Source of the DNA: Takakia lepidozioides
Taxonomy: Eukaryota; Plantae; Bryophyta
Direction of reading: 5' to 3'
Assembly (NCBI GenBank): GCA_030704615.1
Contig: CM060731.1
Span: forward strand, 71,858,001 to 71,922,000
DNA: 64,000 nucleotides
The position numbers and the translations under genes are program-made. The notes under the pieces were generated by a model that was not told the DNA's origin, searched no databases, and saw only the letters and a program-made list of their open reading frames with translations. Positions 11,379 to 24,230 of the stretch are shown here, piece by piece. Numbering within the stretch: the stretch's first letter is position 1; every line of letters starts with the position of its first letter.

Positions 11379-14300
11379 CGTGCCAGAAAACAAGCAACAT
11401 AGTATAACCCGCAGCCCATGACAATACTTGCTACCTCCTTGGTCTTGGTATAAATGTACCCATGTACAACTTGGAAGGCAATTAATTCCTTCAACATGGT
11501 ACTTGCCTCATGCCAGTACCTCACAAAGTGATGATCCTCAATGGGTCAATTGCTCGGAAGAACCTTAGTCCTAGTTGCCACTGGCAACCAAATGCGCATG
11601 ATCTGGTAGTAATGTGCCAACGACTGCGGAGGACTAAAATTCTTCCAAGCCAAATCCAACACAATGGGAATTTGGTTGAAGGGCATAATCATAGCCCGAC
11701 TGTACTCCCGTGCAGCATGAGTTTTAGGTGGGTTAAAAGCAGCATTCCCCCATACCTCAGGCTGTGGTGGCTGTGGTGTGGCTGTAGTAACAACAGGGTC
11801 AGCTACTGTCACAGTGACTTGTTGTGGTGTTAGTGGCACTGGCTCTTGTACCACTGGCATCTCCTGCACCCCCTGCGAAGAAGACTGAAAAGCCAAAGTT
11901 CTGGCTTGTAAATAAGAAGCCATCAGCTGCTCCTTAGGTACAAAGACTCTCTTGTCAATATTTGAAGTGACGTCCTCCACCTGAGTCTGCAGGCCGTCTA
12001 CATCCTCTTGTAGCTCTGCTATCCTACTATAGACATTGTCTATAGTAGTTGTGGCAATGTTTTGCACCTGCAGCCTGAGCTCATTCATCTCGCCTTGGGT
12101 GAGCTTTCGTGGTGCTTTGCCTTCCACCGGCCCTTGTGCTAACCAGACCTGCATAAGGTGGTTATCCACCAAGTTGCTTGTGGGCACCCCTGAAAGTCTA
12201 CTCCTCTGTGAGCCTGTACACATCTATCTGCTGCTGTAAAGCCTCCATGCGCTTCGCATGAGGTTCAACCAAACTCGCATATGCAGCAGCCAGATTATTG
12301 GCTTCCTTCTGAGCCTTGTTAGCCACAGAGAGTTCATTTCTATTTACCATGAGCGTTTGTTGCAACTCCAGGATGTACCTCTCTTGGTCAGCTTCAACCT
12401 GCCTGTATTGTTTGCAAGTATTCTCATTGCGACAGATTGTATTCTTCATATCAATAATGAGTTTTGTCTGCTTGACATTATCGGTCTGTGCCTTTATACA
12501 TCTTTCCGCTTGGCTGTTAACTTCTAATGTAGTTTGCTCAAGCGTAGTTGTGAGTGTAGCACATTGTATGGCCATCCTGTCATGCACTGTCTGCAACTCC
12601 GTATGTAGTGCATTTACTTCTTGCAACTTGCTCTCATGTTTCACCTGCATTTGGTATAGCTGTTGCTTATGTGCTTCGTGCAACTGGTCCTGTGCGAGGC
12701 CTGCTTCAATCAAATGTTCCTTGGCCAACTGCAAAGCAGCTGTTGTATCCTTTAACTCTTGCTGTAATTTGAGAGTGACCTCCTCATCGACCTTGTTTGC
12801 ACACTCAGTGGCAAGTCGAGCCTCAAACTCCTTCCTGAGTTCCTCCCTCAAAGCTGCCAATTGGGTAGTTGGAACATGGGATTTGACATAAGTGCCCAAC
12901 AAATTAAGTGTCTTGCTTATGGAACTCATAAGCATGGCCTGTTGAGGGTCATCATGGTGAGCTTGCTGCTGTTCTCCCTGATCCTCAACAGTGTGATGCC
13001 TCACGAACCATTCAGGCCATTGCCCCACCAGATTTTCTTCCTGAACCACCTCATCCGCTACAGGTGCTGCAGTGTCTTGACACTCCGTTAGAGGTGTGGG
13101 TATTACAACAACAGCAAGGTTTCCCCTGGACAACCGCTGCACCTCCGGAGTCACTGTTTCCCGGACCAAACCAGAATTTTCATCGAGAAGGTCCCCCTTC
13201 TCAATTTCGGCCACGACTTGCTCTGTAGTTGGTATGTCCAACCTTTCTCCTTCCAGAGCAATTGGTGGTGATGCCACAGCATATACTAATTGTGGAGCCT
13301 CCAAAACAACAGAGTCAATTGGTTGTGGTGGTTGTGGTATTGAAGTGACTTCCTCTTCCCTCTCTGAAGGCCCTGCTTCCAATAATAGCAGCTCTCTGTG
13401 CTGTTGTGCCCCTTCCTGCACAAGAGCTTGAGAAACATTATCATGCGGTTTCCGTGAAGCCAGTGGATCTGCCACTACAGTCTTTCCCCGCCTCTGTCTC
13501 TTAGACTGGGGTTGCACTACCAGTCTACCCTCACTGTGTGAAGAGCCTTGCTCTTCAATGGCAGTGGTTTCTGTTTCAAACACTCCCATCTCCTTTCTCT
13601 CCCGAGTATCAAGTATGCAAAAATCAAGAATTATTTGAGCAATGATTGGACCGGACACAATGATGGGAGACTTAGCAGCAGTGCCCTATAACCTCTTCAT
13701 CTCGTCCACCAATCCGTTGTACATTAACTCCGCCCAAGCGACATCCTCTCCCCTCAAAGCTTTCAGGATCTCCTCTGTGAAGGACCTGCTCAAATAGTGT
13801 TGGTTATGTTTCATGGCAAACAGAACATTCAAGATTTGTCCAACTTCTCTAAGCCCTGGGTACTCCACCTTGGTACAAGCAAAACCTTGAGTTTTAAAGA
13901 AACTCCCTTCTTGGAACAGATTCCCTATCTGCTATCTTGCCCTGTGCTCATCCACATTCACATGTCCTGATGGCAAATCAAACAGTTGCTGCAGGTACTG
14001 GGGAGTAATTTCTATATCTACTCCCCTCACCTGAGTAACTCCTGTCCGAGGCTCAAAGTTTTGAAGAAATTGTATCATGAACTGTCGATGATGCAAGGAC
14101 CAGTCCTTACGTAGCAACCCCTCCAATCGCAGCTCCTTCAGTAGTTGCACCGCCTGTGGTGCAGCGATCGTTTGCTTCTGTAAGATTGTGGTGCTTTTCA
14201 CCCTGATATCTTCCATTCCTCTCACTCTCTTCATTCTGGACAAACCGACAGGTTTTGGTTGCAACAACTGAAGTAACGCCTGCAGGGCACAAAGCATAAA

Positions 14301-14400
14301 AGTGTGGTTGGCGCAGAATGAAATGAGTAAGTGTTTGTAAGCCTGCGGGGCTTGCAAGTAGCGATTTAGAGAAAATGTACTCTGCGTTCATCTGTCCTTG
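11379..14400 (-). pseudogene. Gypsy 3' extra ORF: Athila/Tat-type accessory domain followed by a long coiled coil (fragmented)
   Basis: ORF 13932..14357 (QFLQNF...QVRGVDIEITPQYLQQLFDLP) resembles plant retrotransposon accessory ORF domains. ORF 12198..13658 is Q/E/L-rich coiled coil. ORF 11546..12223 follows. All lie between integrase and PPT in sense orientation. Confidence 0.7.
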
Positions 14401-14967
14401 TGCCACTGCGTAAGTAGTAAGGCTAGCGTGTAGTCTGTTATTTCCGCCATAGCTTCAAAGCTATAGCTCTGATTGTCTCTCCTGACGAGACGCCCGTTAC
14501 TTGGAACGAGGCCGACTCTTGCGCTCAGAATCCCTCCATTTTCTTGATTTCGTTTCTTGGTAATTACCCACTGCAGATAATTCTGGCTGGTGATTGGCTG
14601 TTGGCTATGTGATTTGTTTTGTAATTTAATTTCCTCCCATGGATTTTCCACTCTGGACTGTCCACTAGGATAGCACATGTGACATGGATTTCGCTTTTCG
14701 ATACTTTTAAAGGGTTCCGTTACCCTTTCCATGTTTGCATTAATGGGCCCATAATAAGTTAATGTGCCGGGTAGGTACTTTGACGGCCAATTTTGTCTTC
14801 TTCCTTGATGACACTCGCCTTTGCAATCCATGTCTGGCTGTGTGTCTCGCTCTGGCGTCCACGTGTCTATTTTTAAACGTGCCTCCGTCCACTTTTCCGC
14901 CGGCCACTCTCCGGATGTTAACCCACGTCCACCTGTCACTGATCCTATGGATTGTGTAACCCCAGTA

Positions 14968-15190
14968 GGCTGTGTTGAGCTGTGACAGGCTGTGTCATAC
15001 TGTGGTACGCTGTGGTAGGTTGTGATAGACTGTGTGACATTGTGATGGGCCGTGATAGGCTGTGCCGCGCCGTGATGGGTTGTGATAGGCTGTGCCACAC
15101 TGTGATGGGCTGTGATAGGCTGTGCCGCGCCGTGATGGGCTGTGATAGGCTGTATCGCGCCTTGATGGGCTGTGATAGGCTGTGTCGCGC
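14968..15190. repeat. 30-bp tandem repeat just downstream of integrase
   Basis: About 6 copies of TGTGCCGCGCCGTGATGGGCTGTGATAGGC and variants; related to the LTR minisatellite. Confidence 0.85.
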
Positions 15191-15199
15191 TTGTACTGC

Positions 15200-18100
15200 C
15201 CGCCCTGGTCATATACGCTCGGCCTAGCGACAAGTGCTCCATACTCCGTTGGTATCACTGGCGCAGCCCGTGACTGCTTCTGCGTTTCAACATGTAAATC
15301 ATGCTGCAATGGTTTGTCATCGATACCACTGTACCCCTTCAACTTATTGGCATTGACTCTTCTCAGCATCTCTTTGTTAATGGTTTGTAACATGGCGGTG
15401 TTGTTATCATACATCTTCTGTATGATATAAGGTCCTTTCCATGGTGATTTAAGCTTAAACGCTTTAATCTTTCCCTTCTTCTGCAACCAGAGAAACAAAT
15501 CTCCCGTCTTAAAAGTCTTTAACTTGCCTTCATCAAACTGTTTCTTTCTCTTCATCTGAATTCTGGTCATGTTATCAGCTGCATCAACACGTACTTCTTC
15601 TACATGGTATAATTCATGTTTCCTGACCTTAATTGAATCTTGCAATTCCATTCTCTTTCCCCACTCCATTCTCATGGTAGGTAACAGGAATTCCACTGGA
15701 AGTAAAGCTTCCATACCATAAACTAATTGGAATGGTGTATACTTAGTGGTGACTTTATATGAAGTCTTGTATGACCACAAAGCTGTCAGCAGCTTTGTAT
15801 CTTAATCCGTTTTGCATTGACTATCTTAGCCAAGATAGTACATAGTATTTTGTTGGTAGCCTCTGCCTGCCCATAACCTTGTGGGTAATATGTTGTATTC
15901 TTCCTATGCACAATCATGAACTCTTTAGTCAATAGTTCAATGGTCTCATTAATGAAGTGACTTCCCTGATCACTGATAAATTCCAAGGGACAGCCAAATC
16001 GTGTAAGTATTTTCTCATACAGGAACCTTGCTGTGGACTTGGCTGTGTTGTCCCTCAAAGCTTTAGCTTCCACCCACTTCGTAGTATAATCTGTGGCTGT
16101 AATTATGTACATGTTCTGTGTATTCTTGGCTGGTTAATTGGTCCAACAAAGTCTAGTCCCCATTTCTGAAATGGTTCGGTAGGCATTGTAGGATGCAAAG
16201 CCATCTTCCCAGATCTCTGCAAAGGTCCTAGCCTCTAACATTCATCACAACTCTGACAATACTTGTGTACATCTTTGAACAAAGTAGGCCACCAATAACC
16301 TGCAAGTAGTATCTTCCTACTGGTAGTCTCTTCTCCAAAATGACCTCCAGCCACTCCTTTATGAACTTCCTCCAAAACTTTATTTACTTCATGGTGGTAC
16401 AAGCATCATTTAAGTACTCCATCAGGTCCTAGCTTATACATTCTGCCTCCTACCATAGTATAAGGTAAAGCCTTGATAGCGATTCTCTTCCTCTGCTCCT
16501 TACCATAACTAGGTGGGCACTGACCATGAGTAAGGTAGTATCTGATTGGCCACTGCCAGTCTAACCATTCATCTGCACTTCCTTGCACCTTCAATACAAA
16601 TAAACTCGCATCAGGTAACTGATTGTCTACTCCTATGGCGGTCTCTCTTGTTGTTAGTCGTGACAAATGATCTGCCACAAGATGCAAACGGCCAGGCTTG
16701 TAAACAACTTCGAACTCAAACTCGTGCAAGATTATTAACCACCTCGCTATCCTTCCACTTATCAAAGGTTTGTTCACCAGATATATCAGAGCCTGGTGAT
16801 CCACATAAAACATAACTTTCTTCCCAATAGGTAATGCCTGAATTTCTTGACTGCATAAATCATTGCCAGTGCTTCTCTTTCAGTTGTGCTATAGTTCCTT
16901 TCAGCACTGTTCATCAACCTGCTAGCATAGTACACAGGTGAATCTATATTTCCAGTAACATTCTGGGCTAACACCGCTCCCAACGCTTCTCCTGAGGCAT
17001 CACAGTGAACATGAAATACTACATGCCAGTGAGGGTTAATCAGCACAGGTGTAGTTGTTACTGACAATGTAAGTTCCTCAAAAGCATGTTGACATTCAGC
17101 TGTCCATGCAAACACTGCATCTTTCTTCAGAAGCTTGTTCAATGGTGCTGCTATCTGTGCATACCTTTTGACAAATCTTCTGTAATAACTGGTTTGTCCA
17201 AGGAATCTCCTTAGATTCTTAACATTTACTGTGGTGGTGAGGCTTTAATGGCCTCCGTCTTCCTGGGATCCACAAGAAGTCCCCTCTTACAACACAATGT
17301 GTCCCAGAAGCACCCCTGAGTTCACACAGAAAGTACACTTCTCTGGATTCAGGCCCAGACCTCTCATTCTGCATCTGGCCAGACATAACTCCAATTTATG
17401 CAAGTGCTCATTCTAAGAGCTGTACACACTGAAATCATCCAAGAACACCTGCATGAAATCATCTAGATACTCATGAAAAGATTCACTTATCACTCTCTGA
17501 AAGGTTGCTGGTGCATTACAAAGTCCAAAAGGCATGACTTTGTATGCATAAGCACCCAGTCTGTGATGAAAGCTGTCTTTCCTTGGTCTTCTCTCTGCCA
17601 CTTGCACTTGATTATAACCACTGAAGCCATCCATGAATGAGTACATCTCATGGCCTGCCACAGTGTCCAATACTGGTTCTGTGAATGGCAAGGGAAATGG
17701 ATCTTTCTTCGTGCAAGCATTCAACTTCTTATAGTTCACACAAACTCTCAGTTTACCATTCTTCTTGGGAACTATCACAATGGCTGACAACCAAGTTGTA
17801 TACTCTATTGGGTATATAAACTTAGCCTCAGCCAACTTCTTGATCTCTTTTCCAACCTTCTGTGCATAGTTGGGATTCATTCTGTACCTTGCCTGTTTGA
17901 TTGGTACTGACCCTGGTTCCAATTCAAACTTATGCTGAAAGATCTCAGGTGGTATCCCTTTTAGATCCTCGTAGCTCCAAGCAAATACATCTCTGTATTT
18001 GATGAACAAACTCTTAGCTTCCTCAAAGAATTCTGGCTCCAAATCAGCTCCTACCTTCACCATCCTCGGTTCCTCTTCAGTTCCCACATTCACTTCTCTC

Positions 18101-18957
18101 ACCTGCTCATCAGCTGTGATTGTCCAACCAGTCACCACTTCATCCTGTAAACTCACAGTGGCTGGTTCATCTAGGATTTCCATTTCTCCTTCTCTTTCTT
18201 CATAAAATGTGGTGGGTAACTGCTTATCTCTCCTCATTGGTGTTGCTGTCACTACACCACAGCAGATACCTTTTAAACAACTTAGGCCTTCCAGCTGCAT
18301 CTCTGCAACCTGTTCCCACTCTGGGTGTGCAGCGAACAGAGTAGCTTCCTGCTCCTCATCCAGTCCTCCCCTCCAGTCATACTCCCTGACCCCTCGAGGT
18401 CTTCTCGTAGCAGGTAATCTACTAGATTTCTTAGTGGTGATTTGTATCTTGTGCATCCCATCATGCACAGTTAGTAACTGAGAATTCCAGTCATGGAATA
18501 CCGTGGCCTGTTTCAGCCACGGACGTCCCAATAATAAGGAGTAAGCCTCCATGACTTCATCCATCTTCAACACAGTTACTGTGATCATAAAGATCATCTT
18601 CTGTATCTGTATCTTAACTCCTCTTATCAATCCCAATGGCTGTACACTTCTTTGATCTGCCATTGTTACTGTAAATGGGGCTGGTTTCATGTTACTTAGA
18701 CCAAGCTTCTTCCTTAATTGGTCTGTCATGATATTTACTCCAGAGCCTCCATCTATCAGTACATCAGTTAGTTCAGTGCTTCCAATTCTCAATTGGATTA
18801 TTCGCATAGAATCATCAAAGTCCATGACTGTTTCTCGCCCTTCCGGCTTCACATTATAACTGGTCACCTTGCTGTTCAGGTCTGTGTTTCCTGTCTCATG
18901 GGCAATTCGATTGATTGCTTGATACAGCCTGTGTCTACAATAAGGTGCCACAGCCAA
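15200..18957 (-). pseudogene. pol: Gypsy pol: aspartic protease, reverse transcriptase, RNase H, integrase (several frameshifts and stops)
   Basis: VLIDGGSGVN (protease); YRMNPNY..KKNGKLRVCV..MDGFSGYNQ..MPFGLCNAPATFQR..FLDDF (RT); VHCDASG..NYSTTEREALA (RNase H); ATDYTTKWVEA..FISDQGSHF..YYPQGYGQAE (integrase). Confidence 0.95.
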
Positions 18958-19017
18958 TAGCTGTCCAATGGTAATCTCTGCTTTGGTCTGGCATATACTT
19001 CAGCCAAAGTCCCTTCA

Positions 19018-21230
19018 TTACTTTGCATGTCTGCAACTTCTTTCTTCATTTCCATCCTCACTCACTTCTTCTTCTCCATCAGAATCAGAGGAATCTGCCA
19101 CAGGAATATCAGTACTCTTCTGCATTTCCCTTATGGTATCTGCCACTTCCTTGTGCAGTTCCTTCTCATCTCTCCAAGCCTCATCATCTTCAGGCATATC
19201 ACTACCATCTTCATTATCATCATCTTCCTCAACTACTAGAGGTATTAGTTTGGCTTTGCTTCTTGTTACTATCATTGTACTTACTTCTGGTACAACACAT
19301 GGCCTAACCATGTGAGCTGCCACCACTGGGCCTCATTCACAGGAGCTCTCATCTCATTCTGGTGTCTAATCCAGAATGAACAGGCTGCCTTGCGATGTCC
19401 TGGCTGATTACAATAGTAACACAGTTCTTCACCATTGATCCTCGCCCTTGGTCTGCTCTTGGATTATTTCTGTAATCCTGATTCCCTGGCTGGTAATTCC
19501 CCCTTGGATTACCCTGATAGTTGCCTCTGGAATTCCCTTGGTAATTCCCTCTTGAATTACCTCTCCCTTCCATGCCATTGTTATAACCACCAGGCCTACC
19601 ATAGTGGTCCTGATCACTGTTTTTTCTTGGCTGGGGCTGCACTTGATGCACCCTTACTTGCCTAGGTTCTCTAGCTGATGTCCTTCTGTTGTAGTAACAA
19701 TTCTCAGTAGAATGGTTATCCATTTTACAGATAGTACAGTGTTTCTCCTTCATGTGGCATTCAGTGGTGGTATGGCCTTCATTCTGGCACTTTGCACACC
19801 AAACACACTTCCTCCAATGTGTTGCAGCCTCTGTGGCATACTTCTTCAAGATTTCTTCTAATCTTTCTCATAGTTATCCCTCTTCAACTTCTCCTTTCTC
19901 TTACTCTTCCTTTTCAGTTCTTGCTCTTCTTCTTCATCTGACTCATCCTCAGAGTCCTCATCATCCCTTTTATCTCTCCTGAGCATTCCCAATTGCTCAA
20001 TTCTGTTTGCAGTTTCAAATGCCTCCTCCACTGTATTATGGGGTAACATATCCACTTTCTTCTGCAACTCTGGTCTTAGTCCACTCACAAACCAAGTCTT
20101 CTGTAAACCTGGTGCTGGTACAGCAGCTAGCTTTTTCATCATCAGTTCCATCTTTTCCATATACTCCTCAACAGTTTCATGCTTCTTTTGCTTTAACTGT
20201 TGTAAACTTCCATACACTTCATCCTCAGTTTTACTTGTCCTAAACCTATTTCGGAATGCTGTATTCAAGCCATTCCAGGTTAGGAAATGATTATCAGGAA
20301 ATCTTGCATACCATTCACTTGCTTTCTTGATAAGTGAACAAGGAAACAATCTCATCTTGGCATCATCGCCATTCTCATTGTTCACTATACACATGTGCTC
20401 AATTGGCTAATGTGTACATCGGGATCCCCTTTTCCTGAATATATTGGAAAAGGTGGTTTTGCCCGTGTTCGTTGTAACGCCATTTGTGGCCCTCCATTCT
20501 GCCCACTGACAGGTGCTGGCACCCTTGCTGGTGCTGGTCCTTGAGGACCTGTTGTAGTTGTGGTGGATCTTCCGCCAAGTGGTGGCCCCTGAGCACTCCT
20601 TGCTACTGGCCCCACGTTATTCACAGTATTCCCAGCTCCAGTTGCACTACTTCCCACACTCCTTGTCCCCCAGAGCCAGATCTTGGCAGCCCGCCTGATC
20701 CCCCTGAGCCGACACTTTGTTGGCCTGTGATCCAAGTGCTCCACTTGATCCAGGTCCAATGGGTGGGATGTCCTGGTTGTAGTCTCAACCTCAGCTGTTG
20801 GGTCCACTTCTTCATACTCTTCCTCTTCCAATTTCTTCTCTCTATTTTCATCCTCCAAGTTCTGCCCTTGGGTTTCTTCTTCACTCATGTAACTCAACTG
20901 CAATGGTGTTGGAGAGTCTGAACTCTCCGTTGGCTCTACCACATCCTCTCCTCCTTCTTCGCCCTCCGCTTCAGAAACTGGAGTTCCTGCTTTTGGTGTT
21001 CCATGCCAACTCTTATCAAAGATTTCTGTCAAATCTTTTATCCAAGGATGTACCTCAGATCTTTCACCTCGTGATTGATCTTCTTCCCGTACCAATTCCC
21101 TTAATCTTTCTTGCAAAGAAAAAGAAGGAGTGGCATCCAACTCTAGTTCTTCCGGTATGGGTGATGTACTCTCTGATCTTAATGGTGTGAGAGGTCCAGA
21201 TGATTCCCCTATGTCTATTCCTCTCTCCAA
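19018..21230 (-). pseudogene. gag: Gypsy gag: capsid-like domain and two zinc knuckles (frameshifted)
   Basis: RLFPCSLIKKASEWY..TWNGLNTAFRNRF..LKQKKHETVEEY; CAKCQNEGHTTTEC and CTICKMDNHSTENC. Confidence 0.9.
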
Positions 21231-21331
21231 AGATATGGATAATTAGCTTTCAGATAGCTTTCTCTTTTTGCTGAATATCTCTGGAGTCTAGCTTCTCTTT
21301 CATCACTCATGTCCCATGTCTTTCATTTCTT

Positions 21332-22027
21332 TTAATGTGGCAATAACCAAAACTCTCTTCTGTAATATCTCTCGTATATGCCTGGGTTTCTTTCAAGCTT
21401 CAATGCACCCTTGGCTATACTAGAATTCTCTGTTACCATATAACCATATGGCAAACAAGTCTGGAAAGCTGTTCTTGGTGTGAGTTTGATCCACAAAATA
21501 TCCTTTGGAATCCAATTCTTTACCAGTACAAGCTCTTCATGCATATGAGTATAAACATTCACCTTCCTTTCCTCCCAGCCTTCAAACTCTACTCGCTTAA
21601 TGGATAGCAATGCTATCACATCAACCAGTGTTGGTAACCAACGTGCTCTTCCTCTACAGGCCACCTGATAAATCTTTATCACTCCTTTTTCCAGACCCCA
21701 TTCAGGGTCAGCATCATGCACTCTTTTAAGAATGTTTTCTTTACAACCGTCTGGCAATTCCAAGAACCTCTGAAAGAATCGTTTGGACAATCTTTCCTTC
21801 TCAGTTTCACAGGGAATTTGATTCACATCAAATTCTTTAATTCTCCATCCACCATGATCCCACCAAATGCCTGTCACATCTGGTTGTTCATGACCCAGTT
21901 CCCCAGTATGGTCACCAAATGTCGAGCGGCTTTTACTCACCCATCCCTTCGCTATCCGAGGGGGGAACTCCAAGATAGAAGAGTTGGAAATCTCTAAGCA
22001 CTCAGCCCACTCAGAACAATCAGTCAT
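21332..22027 (-). CDS. 5' extra ORF (231 aa) of the gypsy element, starting inside the 5' LTR; unknown function
   Basis: Uninterrupted ORF upstream of gag in sense orientation, spanning the LTR/PBS junction. Confidence 0.5.
   Translation of the reverse strand: MTDCSEWAECLEISNSSILEFPPRIAKGWVSKSRSTFGDHTGELGHEQPDVTGIWWDHGGWRIKEFDVNQIPCETEKERLSKRFFQRFLELPDGCKENILKRVHDADPEWGLEKGVIKIYQVACRGRARWLPTLVDVIALLSIKRVEFEGWEERKVNVYTHMHEELVLVKNWIPKDILWIKLTPRTAFQTCLPYGYMVTENSSIAKGALKLERNPGIYERYYRREFWLLPH
21900..21917 (-). promoter_or_regulatory. Primer binding site (tRNA-Arg-like)
   Basis: Minus strand reads TGGTGACCATACTGGGGA 2 nt after the 5' LTR, similar to Tat/Ogre-type PBS. Confidence 0.7.
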
Positions 22028-22937
22028 GACCTACAGCTAGTGTATCATGGGGGTGTTTCCTATTTGTACTCCTTCCCGCATTCATGTTAGCGAGTTACCT
22101 TACTTTCTGCAATTAAGTATCAGTTTGCTTCAGAAATCTATCAAGTTCCATCCATTCATTCCACAGCTTCACTCAGGTCTCTCTACACAGTGTGAGTATG
22201 AAGTATGTATCAGATTAATATCTATCAAGTATCAGGCTGAAGTCATGGTGTCTCTAATCTACTCTACATTACAATTCTACAGCTTGCATTCCTCAAGTAA
22301 CAACAGATCGTCACTTCTCCTACTCCGTGCTCTTCATCTTTCCCCTCAGAGATGTGCTCTCCCCCCTATTTCCAAGCCCCCGATGCCAGAAGTCCCCCAC
22401 CAAGAAGTGATCCCTAGACGTCCCCGCTCTTCGCTTCTTCTACCTCCAAGCTGTTCTAACCGCTTTCCTAACAAACCGTCATCCCTGTAGTACACGTTCC
22501 TTTTTCAGATGTCGTTCCCCTACCGTCGTTCCCTGCCAATGATAACTGTTCCTCAGCTGTGCCGAGTTGTGACTGGCTGTATCAGGCTGTGGCGGGCTGT
22601 GACTGGCTGTGTCGGGCTGTGTAGGGCTGTGCGAAGCTGTGGCGGCTGTATCGGGCTGTGACTGGTTGTGTTGGGCTGTGTTGACTGTGCAAAGTTGTGA
22701 CGGCTGTGTCTGACTGTGTCGGCTGCGTCGGCTGTGTCGGACTGTGACGGGCTGTGTTGGCTGTGCGAAGCTGTGACGGCTATGTCGGGCTGTGATGGAC
22801 TGTGTTGGGCTGTGTATCTCCCCCCTAAAGCCTGTTGCTGTCACCCCTAAGGCTTCTGTTGGTCTCAGTCTGTGTAAAAATTAATGGTACCCCACAGATC
22901 CCGTAAAAGCGTCTAAGTCCCAAACAGCCCTCTAACA
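21920..22937 (-). repeat. 5' LTR of the gypsy element
   Basis: Matches 1526-2511; followed by TSD GTAGT. Confidence 0.95.
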
Positions 22938-23094
22938 GTAGTAGGGCAGGCTGTTCTTACCTACCCAAGGAGCCTTGCATGGTGCATGTCTTGGGTTACT
23001 TATAGGAATTTGAACATGCTGCAGCAATCTGATTTTTCAGTACACAAGATGCTTGCTTATATGCTTGTCTTGTTGTCATGACCTGTACATAAAA

Positions 23095-24230
23095 ATACCC
23101 GCCCTCCCACCCTATTTTATCATGAATGATTGGGTGAAATCAATTGGGAAGTCATGACAAGAATGTAAGTTTTAGATGGTGCCCTGTTTATGGGCTGTTT
23201 ATGTCTTTAATTGACAATGACCCTAGTGGGTCTTGTCCATGTCTTGACATGACATGAGTATCTTCCCTCTCTTTTTTACCGTTCACAAAAGTAAACAAAC
23301 CACAAGGGAGAGAGGGTGCAGAAAAAGTTAAAAGATTGTACTCATAAGACGTTGTTTGTCGTAGCCTTGTGGCCATTGACCCCGCGCCCAGTTTGAGCGG
23401 AAAAAAAAGGGACAGAACCTGCCTCTGTCAGGGGCTGACGTTGGTACCTTCATATATAGAATTAATCTGGGTTTTCCAGATATCCTCTAGAAATCCCTTA
23501 ACACAAGCATCAAACTGTTGTGTGTGATTTGCCCAAAAACTAGGCCTCAGGAGGGCCTGGGCTTTTGGCTCAGCCTTGAGACTTTCAAAGTTGGTAAACA
23601 GAGGTACAGGCACAATTCCCTTGATAGATTTGACGAGAGCGACTCTTTGGTGAGATAACCCCGGACAGTGTATCAGAAAATGAGTACTGTCTTCAGGTTG
23701 CCCACACAACGGGCAATTGCACTCTCCCTTTCCTCTCTGCTTCTGTTTGTTGTTCAAAGGTAGGCTTCCTGCCCTGAGTTTAAATTTCAGTCTAGTGCCG
23801 AGAGTGGGTAGACCCTTGAGTGTCCTCCCCCATGTCACTGACTGGAAACAAGTTCAGGGAAGTTTTTTGCCTAACTTCATTTTCATCAGACAATCTCATG
23901 GCAACAGACATGGTTTTGGACACTACAGCCTCTAAGTCAGATTTATCAGCCCATATTGCAGATCCGTACTCCAAGGCAGGTCTAATAATGCGACAAAGCA
24001 TGGTTTTCTTAACCTCAGAGTTGACCCCTCTGCAGAAAAAGTTAAAAAGAGAGAGGAAGAGGGAAGATATTCACGTCATGTCAAGACATGGACAAGACCC
24101 ATAAGGGTCATTGTCAATTAAAGACATAAACAGCCCTGGATAGGGCACTATCTCACATTTATAGTCTTGTCAAATCATCCCAAAAGACACCACCCAATCA
24201 TCCAAGACAAAACAGGGTGGGAGGGCGGGG
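23095..24230. mobile_element. Foldback/MITE-like element (arms ~23095-23275 and ~24055-24230) with a LINE inserted in the loop
   Basis: GGGCTGTTTATGTCTTTAATTGACAATGACCCT..GGGTCTTGTCCATGTCTTGACATGAC is present as a reverse complement on the other side. Confidence 0.75.
23334..24030 (-). mobile_element. 5'-truncated non-LTR retrotransposon (LINE) 3' end, same family as 61002-62538
   Basis: RLKFKLRAGSLPL..CPLCGQPEDSTHFLIHCP zinc motif; 17-bp TSD TGCAGAAAAAGTTAAAA (23317-23333 and 24031-24047); 3' UTR shared with the copy at 61002. Confidence 0.88.

Larger units (their letters stand above)
1526..22937 (-). mobile_element. Full-length Ty3/gypsy (non-chromovirus, OTA/Phygy-like) LTR retrotransposon with extra 5' and 3' ORFs, interrupted by a MULE
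   Basis: Two near-identical TG...CA LTRs (1526-2511 and 21920-22937), 5-bp TSD GTAGT (1521-1525 and 22938-22942), PBS and PPT, and gag-PR-RT-RH-IN order on the minus strand. Confidence 0.95.

Noticed and set aside
14388-15242. 284-aa ORF with QPITAHH repeats
   Set aside because: Mostly a translation of the 30-bp tandem repeat in the integrase-to-extra-ORF spacer.
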